Shown: one piece after another, positions 11,446 to 20,052 of the stretch
Layout: each line of letters starts with the position of its first letter
How positions within the stretch are numbered: position 1 is the first letter of the stretch
Origin: a virus
Taxonomy: Duplodnaviria; Heunggongvirae; Uroviricota; Caudoviricetes
DNA length: 27,279 bases
Direction: 5' to 3' (one strand)
IMG/VR virus record: IMGVR_UViG_2541047774_000009
Notes under the pieces: model-generated
Databases searched by the model: none
Told to the model about the DNA's origin: nothing
The model's input: the letters and a program-made list of their open reading frames with translations, nothing else
Position numbers and translations under genes: made by a program

Positions 11446-11823
11446 TCAATCTTTAATTTCGGGGTCCATCTCTAGACTAATTTCCAGCATCGATAGGCAG
11501 CCATCAATAAACCCCTCAGCCATCTGTATCTCAATGCGTATTAGTTTCTCATCCTTTTTACGAGCCTTGGCGAGCTTTCTTTTAGAGATACCGTATAGGT
11601 AATGGGCAACAAGAAGCGAATGTTCGTCCGGCCTTTTTTGCCTTAGACGAGCAAGACAACCTTCAATAATTAATGCATCACTATCTGAACATGCCTGACG
11701 TGTTTTGCTTGTATAGGGAAGAAGCCCTTTAAACCCAGCAGCTATAGGAGAATAGTCTACTCCTGAACTATCACTCGCCGCCCATGCTCCCCAACGATCC
11801 AGAACCATTTGAATATCACGCAT
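11446..11823 (-). CDS. Late-gene antiterminator Q, phage-82/QuuD type (125 aa)
   Basis: MRDIQMVLDRWGAWAA...IAAGFKGL...C.D.DA.II.GC.ARL...LL..YY...KAEG.I.G.L..L.I.LEMD pattern matching QuuD/Q82 family; GGAGA RBS before ATG 11823. Confidence 0.8.
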   Translation of the reverse strand: MRDIQMVLDRWGAWAASDSSGVDYSPIAAGFKGLLPYTSKTRQACSDSDALIIEGCLARLRQKRPDEHSLLVAHYLYGISKRKLAKARKKDEKLIRIEIQMAEGFIDGCLSMLEISLEMDPEIKD

Positions 11824-11840
11824 CAACTTTCTCCACAAAA

Positions 11841-12836
11841 TCAGGCCAGCACGCCAATTGCCAGCGCACGATCGATAAAACGAAATATCAGCTCCAGCTG
11901 GGAGCCATACTTCTCTTCAAATGCCACGGTATCCGCATGCAGCTCGTCGTGATGCTTTCTGCACAAAGGCAACACAAAGAGGTCATGCGCTTTTGTACCC
12001 ATTCCCCCCTGACCGTGGCCTATCAGGTGGTGGGGATCATCAGCAGGCTTTCCACAACATGCACACGGCTGTGTCTTAACCCAGCGCGTGTACTTTTCAT
12101 TAACCCAGCGGCGACGTTTTGGGCGTAACATAAAAGACTCCGGCGACTCCGGATCCACTTTCAGCGCCAGCACCTTTTTCGCCTTATCCTGGATGATGCT
12201 GGTGGCAGGAACCGAAGGCACAAGGTCACTTTCCCGGGTGACAGACGGCACAACAGGCTTCGGTAATCTCAGTGCCTTACGGGCTGCACTTTCCGGTAAG
12301 GCATCCGCCAGGTCATTACGAATCAGCCACCAGCACAGTTCCGGCATTGTCACAACGTGACTGTCATCAAAACCGAGATCCCGACGCACAACAGACAACA
12401 CCCAGCGGGCACAGTTATCCGTTGCCATTGATTCCAGCCGTTCCGTGAACTGATCGCGCAGCTGGTTATCGCAGTGCCAGCACAGACGGATTGCGCCCGG
12501 CGCGTGTCGCATTGTTGTCATGTTCTCGCTGTGCCAGTCGGAATGAGGCCACTGGCAGCCTTTTTCACGAAGTAACCAGCTTTCAAGACATTCCACGCCA
12601 CCAGCACGACGGATCACTGCCTCATTGCGGAACACGGCCCGAACGACAGGATCATCCGCCAGCGGTTGTGATGCCGCCGGAACGGCACCACTGGCAAAAG
12701 ATGAATAACGTTCCGGCTCAGGCTCCAGCAGGACACGCCCCTGCATAAACAGGGGCATCAGCTCTGAACCAGGTCTGAACAATACGATCCCCATACGCGG
12801 GGCAATTTCAGGGGTCAGTAGTGCTCTCACAGTCAC
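11841..12836 (-). CDS. DUF968-family phage protein with C-terminal HNH-like motif (331 aa, start uncertain)
   Basis: C-terminal cysteine/histidine cluster CACCGKP...HHLIGHGQGGMGTKAHDLFVLPLCRKHHDELH typical of DUF968 nin-region proteins. Confidence 0.65.
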   Translation of the reverse strand: MTVRALLTPEIAPRMGIVLFRPGSELMPLFMQGRVLLEPEPERYSSFASGAVPAASQPLADDPVVRAVFRNEAVIRRAGGVECLESWLLREKGCQWPHSDWHSENMTTMRHAPGAIRLCWHCDNQLRDQFTERLESMATDNCARWVLSVVRRDLGFDDSHVVTMPELCWWLIRNDLADALPESAARKALRLPKPVVPSVTRESDLVPSVPATSIIQDKAKKVLALKVDPESPESFMLRPKRRRWVNEKYTRWVKTQPCACCGKPADDPHHLIGHGQGGMGTKAHDLFVLPLCRKHHDELHADTVAFEEKYGSQLELIFRFIDRALAIGVLA

Positions 12837-12837
12837 C

Positions 12838-13647
12838 TCAATGAACGGTATCGAGCAGCTTTAACAGCTCAGGGAATCGGGATTCGAAGAAATGCGGCTG
12901 CGTCTCGCGCGGATTTGCAGGACTGGTGATGTTCTTGCCGAACATGCAGCCTTTCGCTGTCAGCGACCAGAATTTTTTGATGTTGTTAATCGCGGTACGG
13001 CTGTATCGTTCGCGCTGCTCGACGATCCCCAGCTTCACCATCTGGTGATATGCCTGATTAGCCGTAAGGCGGATACCATACTGTTTCAGCAGTGCACTCA
13101 GCGACAGCGTGGGGCGACTTGAGCCATCAGGCGCGTCAGCAGGAGCATCAATGGCATAGCGCGGTGCCAGATTCGGTAAGCCAACAGCCTCCTGGAGTTT
13201 CTGACAGGCACCAAGCACTGATGAGTTAGACAGGTTTAACTCCCTGCGCATAAAGTCCAGCAGAATCACACCAGCCTGCATCTTGTCAGCAGCCTGCCCG
13301 GATAATTTTTCCGGTGCGCTGGTTACCATATCGAAAGTACGGATCACCTTCAGATGGAATGACGGGCTGATCCACATTGCATAGGCATACACCAGTTCCT
13401 TGCAGACATACGTTCCCCGTTCATTTCCCCCATGAATCACACTCACCGGGTCAACACCCAAATTCTGGGTGTTGGTCAATTCATGAACAAGCTCAACAGT
13501 TTGTTGGCTGGAAAGAAACTTTCCTGGCTCCTTGGTTCTGGCATTTGCACCAGATGCTACTGCTGCGCGATGCAGATCGTTCAGGCTGTAACGCCCATAA
13601 GCATCACGACGAACTTCAATACCATCAATGACCATCAGATTATTCAT
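12838..13647 (-). CDS. KilA-N domain protein (269 aa)
   Basis: N-terminal IDGIEVRRDAYGRYSLNDLHRAAV... resembles KilA-N DNA-binding domain; GAGGAG RBS. Confidence 0.65.
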   Translation of the reverse strand: MNNLMVIDGIEVRRDAYGRYSLNDLHRAAVASGANARTKEPGKFLSSQQTVELVHELTNTQNLGVDPVSVIHGGNERGTYVCKELVYAYAMWISPSFHLKVIRTFDMVTSAPEKLSGQAADKMQAGVILLDFMRRELNLSNSSVLGACQKLQEAVGLPNLAPRYAIDAPADAPDGSSRPTLSLSALLKQYGIRLTANQAYHQMVKLGIVEQRERYSRTAINNIKKFWSLTAKGCMFGKNITSPANPRETQPHFFESRFPELLKLLDTVH

Positions 13648-13666
13648 ACTTCGTTTCTCCTCTTAA

Positions 13667-14056
13667 TCAGGCGGCTGCACCCGCCGTTTTCTCGTACTTA
13701 CTGATAGTGATCTCGACCTTCCCTTTCGGGATAACCGGTCCCCACTCCACCAGCATTCTTTTCACCTGTCTGTCGTCTTCCCACACACCCGCGTGGGTCA
13801 GGGCGTCAAACAGCGCCTTGTTATAGTTGTCCAGATCACGGATCCGGTTATCCGGCGGAAACAACACGATCTCCACTGAAGCAGGTGCCGACGTTGGTTT
13901 CGGCAGACGACGTAACTGCTCAACTATTGCTGCGCACGCCGCGCTCTGGAATTTTCGCCCCGCCGCGCTTATCAGGCTCTTACCAGCAAACGCCCCTTTG
14001 TTGGGGTGTCGCCAGTACGTGTTCACGCTGGGCGGAAAAGGCAGGATCAGCTTCAT
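13667..14056 (-). CDS. rusA: Holliday-junction resolvase RusA (129 aa)
   Basis: MKLILPFPPSVNTYWRH... with conserved RDLDN acidic motif, characteristic of RusA family; start overlaps upstream stop (ATGA). Confidence 0.85.
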   Translation of the reverse strand: MKLILPFPPSVNTYWRHPNKGAFAGKSLISAAGRKFQSAACAAIVEQLRRLPKPTSAPASVEIVLFPPDNRIRDLDNYNKALFDALTHAGVWEDDRQVKRMLVEWGPVIPKGKVEITISKYEKTAGAAA

Positions 14057-14379
14057 ACTTTCAGGTCCCTCTCATGTAACCAGTGGGTTGCACGCAGCCT
14101 TGCGTTTTCCTCACCGGCAAGCAGTGCGCGGATAATCCCGACCGCCTCGCTGTCGTCGTCCTTCACCGCGGTATGAAGCGTTATCCCCCGGGCCACGCCA
14201 CGCTTTATCGTGATGACGCCTTTTTTCTCCAGTGCGCGAAGATGCTCCACCGCTGCATTCACCGAACGGTATCCCAGCATGGTTGCCACCTCCTGATTGG
14301 TTGGCGGGAAGCCACGTTCTTTCTGATAAGAAATCAGCATATCCAGCACCTGCTGCTGGCATTGAGTTAACGTCGTCAT
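14053..14379 (-). CDS. LexA DNA-binding-domain-like protein (108 aa)
   Basis: LTQCQQQVLDMLISYQKERGFPPTNQEVATMLGYRSVNAAVEHLRALEKKGVI resembles the LexA N-terminal winged HTH; no peptidase domain. Confidence 0.55.
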   Translation of the reverse strand: MTTLTQCQQQVLDMLISYQKERGFPPTNQEVATMLGYRSVNAAVEHLRALEKKGVITIKRGVARGITLHTAVKDDDSEAVGIIRALLAGEENARLRATHWLHERDLKV

Positions 14380-15029
14380 GCCGCCATCTCCCTGACCAGT
14401 TTTTCTGCCTGCTGGCGAACCTGCGCCAGAAACGCCTCACCACATGCCTCAAGTTCATCGCGCCCGATGTAGCTGATTGCCGGGCCCTTCCAGGTCTTGT
14501 CGAAAACAGCAATAGCACCAGCGAAGAAAGCGCCTGTCGGCACCTGCTTCTCGTCCTTCGGGATAAACCAGGCAGGCAGTTCAAAACCAATACGCCCGCG
14601 AATAAAAGCAATATGATCTGCATCTTCCGGCCACCACACTTCGCTGGTGGCAGCTTTGATCAGGAAAACATAGCGTCCGCCCTTATCACGCATGGCACTG
14701 GCATGCTTCATGATGTAACGCATGCCGGTGATGTATTGCCCTTCATGCTGACTGGCGCGGCTGTACGGGGGATTACCAAAGGCAGCACCTTTAAGCTCCG
14801 CAAGACGTTCAGACCAGTCATGCGCCAGCGCGTTGTCTTCCGCAGTGTAATAAGCGGCACATTTGGCGTTATCACCATCAGTGAACAGATCCAGAACAAA
14901 CGGGCCAAACAGGGTGTTAATTCCCCAGAAAATGTTATCCGGCGTGCGCCACTGATCGCCCACTTCCTTCAGTTCATGGGCTGGTTTGTTCCGCAGCTCC
15001 ACCAGCGCCTGCCAATATTTATTACTCAT
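14376..15029 (-). CDS. Phage Dam-like DNA N6-adenine methyltransferase (217 aa from ATG 15029)
   Basis: NPPY catalytic motif (FGNPPYSRA); ATG at 15027-15029 overlaps upstream stop (TAATG); no endonuclease partner. Confidence 0.7.
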   Translation of the reverse strand: MSNKYWQALVELRNKPAHELKEVGDQWRTPDNIFWGINTLFGPFVLDLFTDGDNAKCAAYYTAEDNALAHDWSERLAELKGAAFGNPPYSRASQHEGQYITGMRYIMKHASAMRDKGGRYVFLIKAATSEVWWPEDADHIAFIRGRIGFELPAWFIPKDEKQVPTGAFFAGAIAVFDKTWKGPAISYIGRDELEACGEAFLAQVRQQAEKLVREMAA

Positions 15030-15523
15030 TAAGCCCCCACGTAATTCCCTGACAGATACCACTCTTCACCCGATGCAGCGCGCTTGCTGCTTTTCCGTAA
15101 GCACCGCTCACGACGCGCCAGAAAATTGTTTCGTTCTGGCTGGGAGTGGCTTTCACGGAATGCCGCCATCCACACCGTTGCAGCACGACGGTATAAGCCC
15201 CTGGACTCCAGTTCTTCCGCCTGGCGGGTCAGGCACAAAATCACCCGGGGATCGTTAGTGCCGACATAGAAATTGCGCACAGGTCTGGTTTCACGAACTG
15301 GTTGTGGTTCCGGCTCCTGCGCTCTCTCAGTCAGGCGCGGGAAATGTCTGCGTGTATCTCCTTCACAACGGTGAGCCACACGCCCACTCTGACGTAACTT
15401 GCTTGCTGACTGCAGAACGTGCAGCCGTGAGTAACCTGCAAAAGCATCCGCAATGTCTCCGGAAGTACACCCCGGATGGGCTTCAATGAATTTCTGAACT
15501 TCATTCAAAAGACTCATGATCAC
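15029..15523 (-). CDS. Hypothetical regulatory protein, N-terminal wHTH-like region and C-terminal PerC-like motif (164 aa)
   Basis: C-terminal LESRGLYRRAATVWMAAF resembles the PerC/Pch activator signature as recalled from memory; assignment tentative. Confidence 0.45.
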   Translation of the reverse strand: MIMSLLNEVQKFIEAHPGCTSGDIADAFAGYSRLHVLQSASKLRQSGRVAHRCEGDTRRHFPRLTERAQEPEPQPVRETRPVRNFYVGTNDPRVILCLTRQAEELESRGLYRRAATVWMAAFRESHSQPERNNFLARRERCLRKSSKRAASGEEWYLSGNYVGA

Positions 15524-16338
15524 CCCCTGAATCCTGCCGGGATCTGGCTGTAGTCCACGTTGTCGTAACTGGCTTTGAAGTACGGGTCCTCGCGTCTGGC
15601 TGCAGATACCGCAGGAACTTCCCAGGATTCTTCGAAATGACGATCCGGACCAAAGAACGTGACAGCCTGTTTCACAAATTGTGTGCCGCTGTTACCCATC
15701 GCAGATACCCAGCCCGCGTAGCGTTTCACACCTTCCAGCATGGTTTCGGGTTTTACCCCCTCATTCAAACGAGCTTTCCAGGCTTTGAAGGCTGCAGATT
15801 TTGAATTGCCACCAGCACGTTTGGGGTATGCCAGCCATGCCTGCTCAAACTCCGGAGAGTATTCCGGTCGGTTTGAACGAACTCGCACGGACTCATCAGC
15901 AGATGCACCAACAGCTATTGGTTCATTGACTGGTTCTTTGACTGGTTCAAAAGAGTGACTGGTTCTGGGTGAATCTCCTGCACCACCCCCTGGTGCAACT
16001 CCTGCACTACCTGGTGAATTTGCTGCACCAGATAGTGAATTATTTGCACTACCCCCTAGTGAATCTCCTGCACCATCAAGATGAAGGAGATAGATATTAC
16101 TTGAGTTACCTTTTTCACCTTTCCGGGTGACTTTTTTTACCAGCCCGGAATCACAAAGGGCCGCAATATGATTCATCACAGAACGTTTGCTAATCTCGCA
16201 CTGGTCAGCAATATGCTGGTAGCTGGGCCAGCACTCACCCTGATCGCTGGCATTATCAGCCAGCTTGATCAGAACCAGTTTTCGCAATGGATTACCCACT
16301 CGAATTTTCATCGCTTTAACCATCAGCTCCATACTCAT
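15520..16338 (-). CDS. Replication initiation protein, O-like with HTH_36-type N-terminal domain (272 aa)
   Basis: N-terminal VGNPLRKLVLIKLADNASDQGECWPSYQHIADQCEISKRSVMNHIAALCDSGLV typical of phage replication-initiator wHTH; iteron array inside the Gly/Ser/Ala-rich linker coding region; GGAGG RBS. Confidence 0.7.
   Translation of the reverse strand: MSMELMVKAMKIRVGNPLRKLVLIKLADNASDQGECWPSYQHIADQCEISKRSVMNHIAALCDSGLVKKVTRKGEKGNSSNIYLLHLDGAGDSLGGSANNSLSGAANSPGSAGVAPGGGAGDSPRTSHSFEPVKEPVNEPIAVGASADESVRVRSNRPEYSPEFEQAWLAYPKRAGGNSKSAAFKAWKARLNEGVKPETMLEGVKRYAGWVSAMGNSGTQFVKQAVTFFGPDRHFEESWEVPAVSAARREDPYFKASYDNVDYSQIPAGFRG
15925..16080. repeat. Iteron array (candidate replication origin) inside the initiator gene
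   Basis: Three TGACTGGTTC repeats (15927-15965) followed by five about 19-bp direct repeats of consensus TRGTGAATYTCCTGCACYA (15966-16075) at about 21-24 bp spacing. Confidence 0.6.
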
Positions 16339-16571
16339 GCTGCACCTCCGAGATGCTTCATGTTTTTTCCGGAGCGAAAGGCTATAAGCGGCATACTGAC
16401 GCGGTAATTACGGCCCAGCGGTTCACAAATCACCTTCTGACATTCACGGTCAACCAGGCTGACACGTAGAACATGCCCTGCTGGCGTGGTGTACCACTGC
16501 CCAACTGTGGGTGTTGATATTTTTTTACGCTGAAATAAACGGTAAATGTTGAGGAGCAACGGATTAAGCAT
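16335..16571 (-). CDS. Hypothetical protein (78 aa)
   Basis: ORF with start and stop overlapping neighbouring genes (translational coupling); no family recognised. Confidence 0.4.
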   Translation of the reverse strand: MLNPLLLNIYRLFQRKKISTPTVGQWYTTPAGHVLRVSLVDRECQKVICEPLGRNYRVSMPLIAFRSGKNMKHLGGAA

Positions 16572-17400
16572 GACGATGCCCTCCGCTGATATTCAGGAGA
16601 CGGTGAATATGAAAATTAGCCTTATCCGCCAGACGAATACGTTCAGCTTGCAAGTTAAGAAGGGTTTCTACCAGAACCTGATGTGCCTGCGGATCCGAAA
16701 GAGTTACCTTGCGCAGAGCACGTAGTGCAGTTGTTACATAACTGAGTTTATGTAAGTCTTCATCATTCAGACGAGTGAGGGCTGGGACAGTAGCCATGAT
16801 GGCAGCCTCCGTATGCAATGGATAACTTCCACCACCGGAAACGCCAATTTCGCTGGTGGTGAACTGAGCAGGGTTGGCGTAACCGGCGCATACGGAAACC
16901 GGCGCACCTTTCGGTGCCCCCACCCAGCCCACCATAATTTGGGTATAGCTGAGTTGTAGCAACAAAAAAGACGCTAACGCGCCAATTGTCGCCGTATGCA
17001 ATTCCAGGACGCCAATCCCGGCACCCGCTTTATAAGGTGCCTGAACAGTGTAACGTCCCGGAATGGCAGAATCAATGTGCTGGTGGTCCTTCACACTCAA
17101 CAAAATCACGCCTGAATTTCCACAAAGGGCTAAAGCACTCATGCGGGTAGTCTTTGCGAAGATAGATAACGCGCTGTGTTTCTGGCTCCCAACGAATAAC
17201 ATGAACATAAAGTCCTCTTCCGTCACGAAACCAGCGGTTAAGTTCCTGCACAACTCGCCCCCCACAGTCAGGTAAAGTTCTCTGTGGTTACTTACAGCCA
17301 GGAGATTTGGTAATCTGCATTCATGCCGTAACAACAGGTGTTCAGCGACGCTGACCACCAGCTGTTGCGACAAACGGTTATTTGCCGTTAAACTGTTCAT
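16564..17400 (-). CDS. Hypothetical protein (278 aa)
   Basis: Long ORF tightly packed in early-right operon with ATGA overlap to upstream gene; no family recognised. Confidence 0.5.
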   Translation of the reverse strand: MNSLTANNRLSQQLVVSVAEHLLLRHECRLPNLLAVSNHRELYLTVGGELCRNLTAGFVTEEDFMFMLFVGSQKHSALSIFAKTTRMSALALCGNSGVILLSVKDHQHIDSAIPGRYTVQAPYKAGAGIGVLELHTATIGALASFLLLQLSYTQIMVGWVGAPKGAPVSVCAGYANPAQFTTSEIGVSGGGSYPLHTEAAIMATVPALTRLNDEDLHKLSYVTTALRALRKVTLSDPQAHQVLVETLLNLQAERIRLADKANFHIHRLLNISGGHRHA

Positions 17401-17960
17401 GCGTTAGTTTCTCCACAGACACAAAACGCCACGACGCCCGGAGCTGCACACTCGCGGGCGTCACTCTTTTCTGGAGCGCAAAAGATTTTGTAGACCAGTG
17501 CTGCATGCTCCTGGAGCTTCGAAATTGACAGATACAACTCATCATTAATTGCTGTCTGCTCGTGTGGCTCCACTATCCCATCTTCGATTGCCGAACGAAT
17601 CTGCTTTGAGTAACTCCCGATCTGTTCGATGACTTCCAGCAGGCGCTGGTTTATATCGGCGTTCTCTACTTCCTCAATTTCAGGAAGCGATACAAACACC
17701 CCACCAGCAGACTGTGCGACAGCATCCGCAATGTAGTGAGTGCCAGCCGCGCGCTGTAAAATCATTGCCCATCCCAGCGGGAAAATCTGATCGCCATCTG
17801 CACGAAGGCGGTTGAATAAAGCGTTCTCTGTTACATCCAGCCACTCAGCAGCTTCAGCGTAACCCCCCGGCAACGCCGCGATAGTTTTTCTGACAGCTTT
17901 CACGTACCACTCAGGCTGTTTTTCTACTTTCCAGTGATGCTTACCCACGGTTAGCCTCAT
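17397..17960 (-). CDS. Putative CII-like/YdaT-like early regulatory protein (187 aa)
   Basis: Second gene of the rightward early operon, 31 nt after cro-like gene; assignment by position and loose resemblance only. Confidence 0.35.
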   Translation of the reverse strand: MRLTVGKHHWKVEKQPEWYVKAVRKTIAALPGGYAEAAEWLDVTENALFNRLRADGDQIFPLGWAMILQRAAGTHYIADAVAQSAGGVFVSLPEIEEVENADINQRLLEVIEQIGSYSKQIRSAIEDGIVEPHEQTAINDELYLSISKLQEHAALVYKIFCAPEKSDARECAAPGVVAFCVCGETNA

Positions 17961-17991
17961 CGTTCTGTGGTTAAAAATTGAAGGTGTTCTG

Positions 17992-18192
17992 TTAATCTTT
18001 CGGATAGATATCCGGTCTTAAGTCAGATTTCGTAATTGCACCTGACGTGCATTGCTCAAGTTTTTTAGCCAGCACAAAACTGGCTTTTTTATAACCATTG
18101 AAAACCAGCCGTAAGTAGCCTGGTGTTGAGCCAACTTTTCCGGCCAACTCGCCCTGCTGTTCTTTGGTTAAAGAGTCCCAATACGCTTTCAT
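17992..18192 (-). CDS. cro: Cro-like HTH regulator (YdaS-like, 66 aa)
   Basis: Start ATG 18190-18192 with GGAGG 9 nt upstream; MKAYWDSLTKEQQGELAGKVGSTPGYLRLVFNGYKKAS... HTH; divergent from cI across an operator-containing 90-bp region. Confidence 0.7.
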   Translation of the reverse strand: MKAYWDSLTKEQQGELAGKVGSTPGYLRLVFNGYKKASFVLAKKLEQCTSGAITKSDLRPDIYPKD

Positions 18193-18282
18193 ACAATATG
18201 TACCTCCGGTATACATATTACATGATTGAGATGAACCTTCAAGATACTTGTACCTTATCGGTACAAAGGTTTTAATTTCTTT
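18193..18282. promoter_or_regulatory. Immunity-region operator/promoter region (OR-like) between cro and cI
   Basis: Perfect inverted repeat TTGTACCTTATCGGTACAA (18248-18266) and related site ATATGTACCTCCGGTATACATAT (18196-18218), both with TGTACC/GGTACA half-sites. Confidence 0.6.
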
Positions 18283-18957
18283 ATGAAAACAGTCCATGAC
18301 ATCCGGCGGTCTAACGCCAGAAAACTGAGAGATGGTGTTGGCGGGAATTCTTCCTTTGCCACCATGATTGATCGCGAGCCAACCCAGACCAGCAGGTTTA
18401 TGGGAGATGGTGCTACTAAAAATATCGGTGACAGCATGGCGCGGCACATCGAAAAATGTTTCGACCTGCCTGTCGGATGGCTTGATCAAGAACACCAGAC
18501 CACGAACATCACAAAAAAACCTGATGTTTCAATCACTAACAAACAAATAACGTTAGTCCCTGTCATATCATGGGTACAGGCCGGAGCATGGAAAGAAGTT
18601 GGCTATTCTGAGGTTGATTTGAGCACAGCAGAAACTTACCCCTGCCCTGTACCCTGTGGCGAAATGACTTATATCTTGCGGGTGATTGGTGATTCAATGA
18701 TTGATGAGTACCGCCCGGGAGACATGATTTTTGTTGATCCTGAAGTCCCTGCCTGCCACGGTGACGACGTTATTGCATTGATGCACGATACAGGCGAAAC
18801 CACCTTCAAGCGGTTGATAGAAGATGGAACACAGCGTTACCTCAAAGCATTAAACCCAAACTGGCCTGAACCTTACATTAAGATCAACGGTAATTGCTCT
18901 ATAATTGGTACAGTGATTTTCTCAGGAAAACCAAGAAGATACAAAATAAAGACCTAA
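18283..18957 (+). CDS. cI: CI-like prophage repressor with C-terminal S24 (LexA-type) peptidase domain (224 aa)
   Basis: C-terminal autocleavage domain with GDSM serine motif and downstream Lys (RVIGDSMIDEY...FKRL); divergent from cro. Confidence 0.85.
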   Translation: MKTVHDIRRSNARKLRDGVGGNSSFATMIDREPTQTSRFMGDGATKNIGDSMARHIEKCFDLPVGWLDQEHQTTNITKKPDVSITNKQITLVPVISWVQAGAWKEVGYSEVDLSTAETYPCPVPCGEMTYILRVIGDSMIDEYRPGDMIFVDPEVPACHGDDVIALMHDTGETTFKRLIEDGTQRYLKALNPNWPEPYIKINGNCSIIGTVIFSGKPRRYKIKT

Positions 18958-18970
18958 TCATTATTTATGA

Positions 18971-18993
18971 ACCTGCTTCGGCAGGTTTTTTTA
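18971..18993 (+). terminator. Intrinsic terminator after cI
   Basis: ACCTGC-TTCG-GCAGGT hairpin followed by TTTTTTT. Confidence 0.6.
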
Positions 18994-18996
18994 TAC

Positions 18997-19030
18997 TTGA
19001 CAATGTACTTTTGGGATACATAATGTATCC
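18997..19030 (+). promoter_or_regulatory. pL-like promoter with overlapping operator palindrome
   Basis: -35 TTGACA (18997-19002), 16-nt spacer, -10 CATAAT (19019-19024); perfect 17-bp palindrome GGATACATAATGTATCC (19013-19029) overlapping the -10. Confidence 0.5.
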
Positions 19031-19624
19031 AAAAGAAACATGCAACAGGCAAGATTCAAACAAAGTTTGGTTGTAACACGGCGTATGGCACATGCGTCGT
19101 TAGCGGTCTGGAGACGTTAAAGGGGACAATCCACTCCTTGCTCGGGCAAACAAACCAGGTAGCCGGAATGTGCAAGTCAATGATGATGCTGATAAGACGC
19201 CTAACCAGCGTGGCGATTCGGTTTGACGCCTGGGAAGAGACCAGGGTGCAACGATAAGAGCATTTATGGAGCCGAGACAAAGTGTGGCGCCGAACTGGCT
19301 AAGTGCTCTCAGCGTTGTGGTAATCCGCGAAATGGCGCGGCGGTAAGTATGGCGGGGTTAGTCTTTCCCCGTTGAGGACACCGGATTGTCAGGTTGACCA
19401 TACGCCTGAGTGACAACCCCACCACAACAGCCACTGCTTTGGCGGTACCAGTTTGTACACTTGCTTCCGGCTGGTACCGCTCTTTTTACAAAACAGAGAA
19501 GAGCATCACCGGACGACGGGCTCATAACCCAATCCATCCGGGCGGCTGCCACCGCAGGTGTTCTTCTCTGTTTTGTGGAGAAACCAACCGGCCTTGCAGG
19601 GTCGATATGATGAGGAGCAGCAAA

Positions 19625-19987
19625 ATGGCTAGCGAACGCAGTACTGATGTGCAGGCATTTATCGGGGAGCTGGACGGCGGCGTATTTGAAACCAAAATCG
19701 GCGCAGTTCTCAGTGAAGTCGCTTCCGGTGTGATGAACACGAAAACCAAAGGGAAGGTCTCGCTCAACCTGGAAATCGAACCGTTTGATGAGAACCGTGT
19801 GAAAATCAAACACAAACTCTCATATGTTCGCCCGACTAACCGCGGGAAAATTTCCGAAGAAGACACCACCGAAACGCCGATGTATGTCAATCGCGGTGGT
19901 CGCCTGACTATTCTGCAGGAAGACCAGGGACAATTACTGACTCTTGCCGGTGAACCTGACGGAAAACTCCGCGCAGCAGGTCGTTAA
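19625..19987 (+). CDS. YfdP-like phage protein (120 aa)
   Basis: ATG 19625 with GAGGAG 7 nt upstream; precedes yfdQ/yfdR homologues in the same order as CPS-53 yfdP-yfdQ-yfdR. Confidence 0.55.
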   Translation: MASERSTDVQAFIGELDGGVFETKIGAVLSEVASGVMNTKTKGKVSLNLEIEPFDENRVKIKHKLSYVRPTNRGKISEEDTTETPMYVNRGGRLTILQEDQGQLLTLAGEPDGKLRAAGR

Positions 19988-20052
19988 TATCGTTCTTAAT
20001 TAACCGATTATTTATCTCATCACTGAATATCTTTATATAGTGAGGACTTATT

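Noticed and set aside
14111-15032. Long ORFs 14111..14623(-) and 14232..15032(+) overlapping the Dam-like and LexA-like genes
   Set aside because: Alternative frame or antisense to ORFs with recognisable motifs (NPPY, LexA wHTH) and tight start/stop coupling; Arg/Ser-rich translations typical of shadow ORFs
15925-16080. Considered the direct repeats as a CRISPR array
   Set aside because: Repeats are about 19 bp, degenerate, only about 2-5 bp apart, and lie inside a protein-coding gene; iterons fit better
16564-17400. Considered the 278-aa ORF as YdaU (DUF1376) or DnaC-like helicase loader by position
   Set aside because: No Walker A motif and no resemblance to the DUF1376 N-terminal signature; left as hypothetical
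18193-18495. N-terminal 101 codons of track ORF 17992..18495(-)
   Set aside because: Would run through the operator region and overlap the divergent cI start; the internal ATG at 18192 has a GGAGG RBS and yields a Cro-sized HTH protein
19394-19624. N-terminal extension of the yfdP-like ORF and overlapping minus ORFs 19358..19813, 19522..19890
   Set aside because: No RBS at 19394, whereas ATG 19625 has a perfect GAGGAG; minus-strand ORFs are antisense to a translationally well-signalled gene
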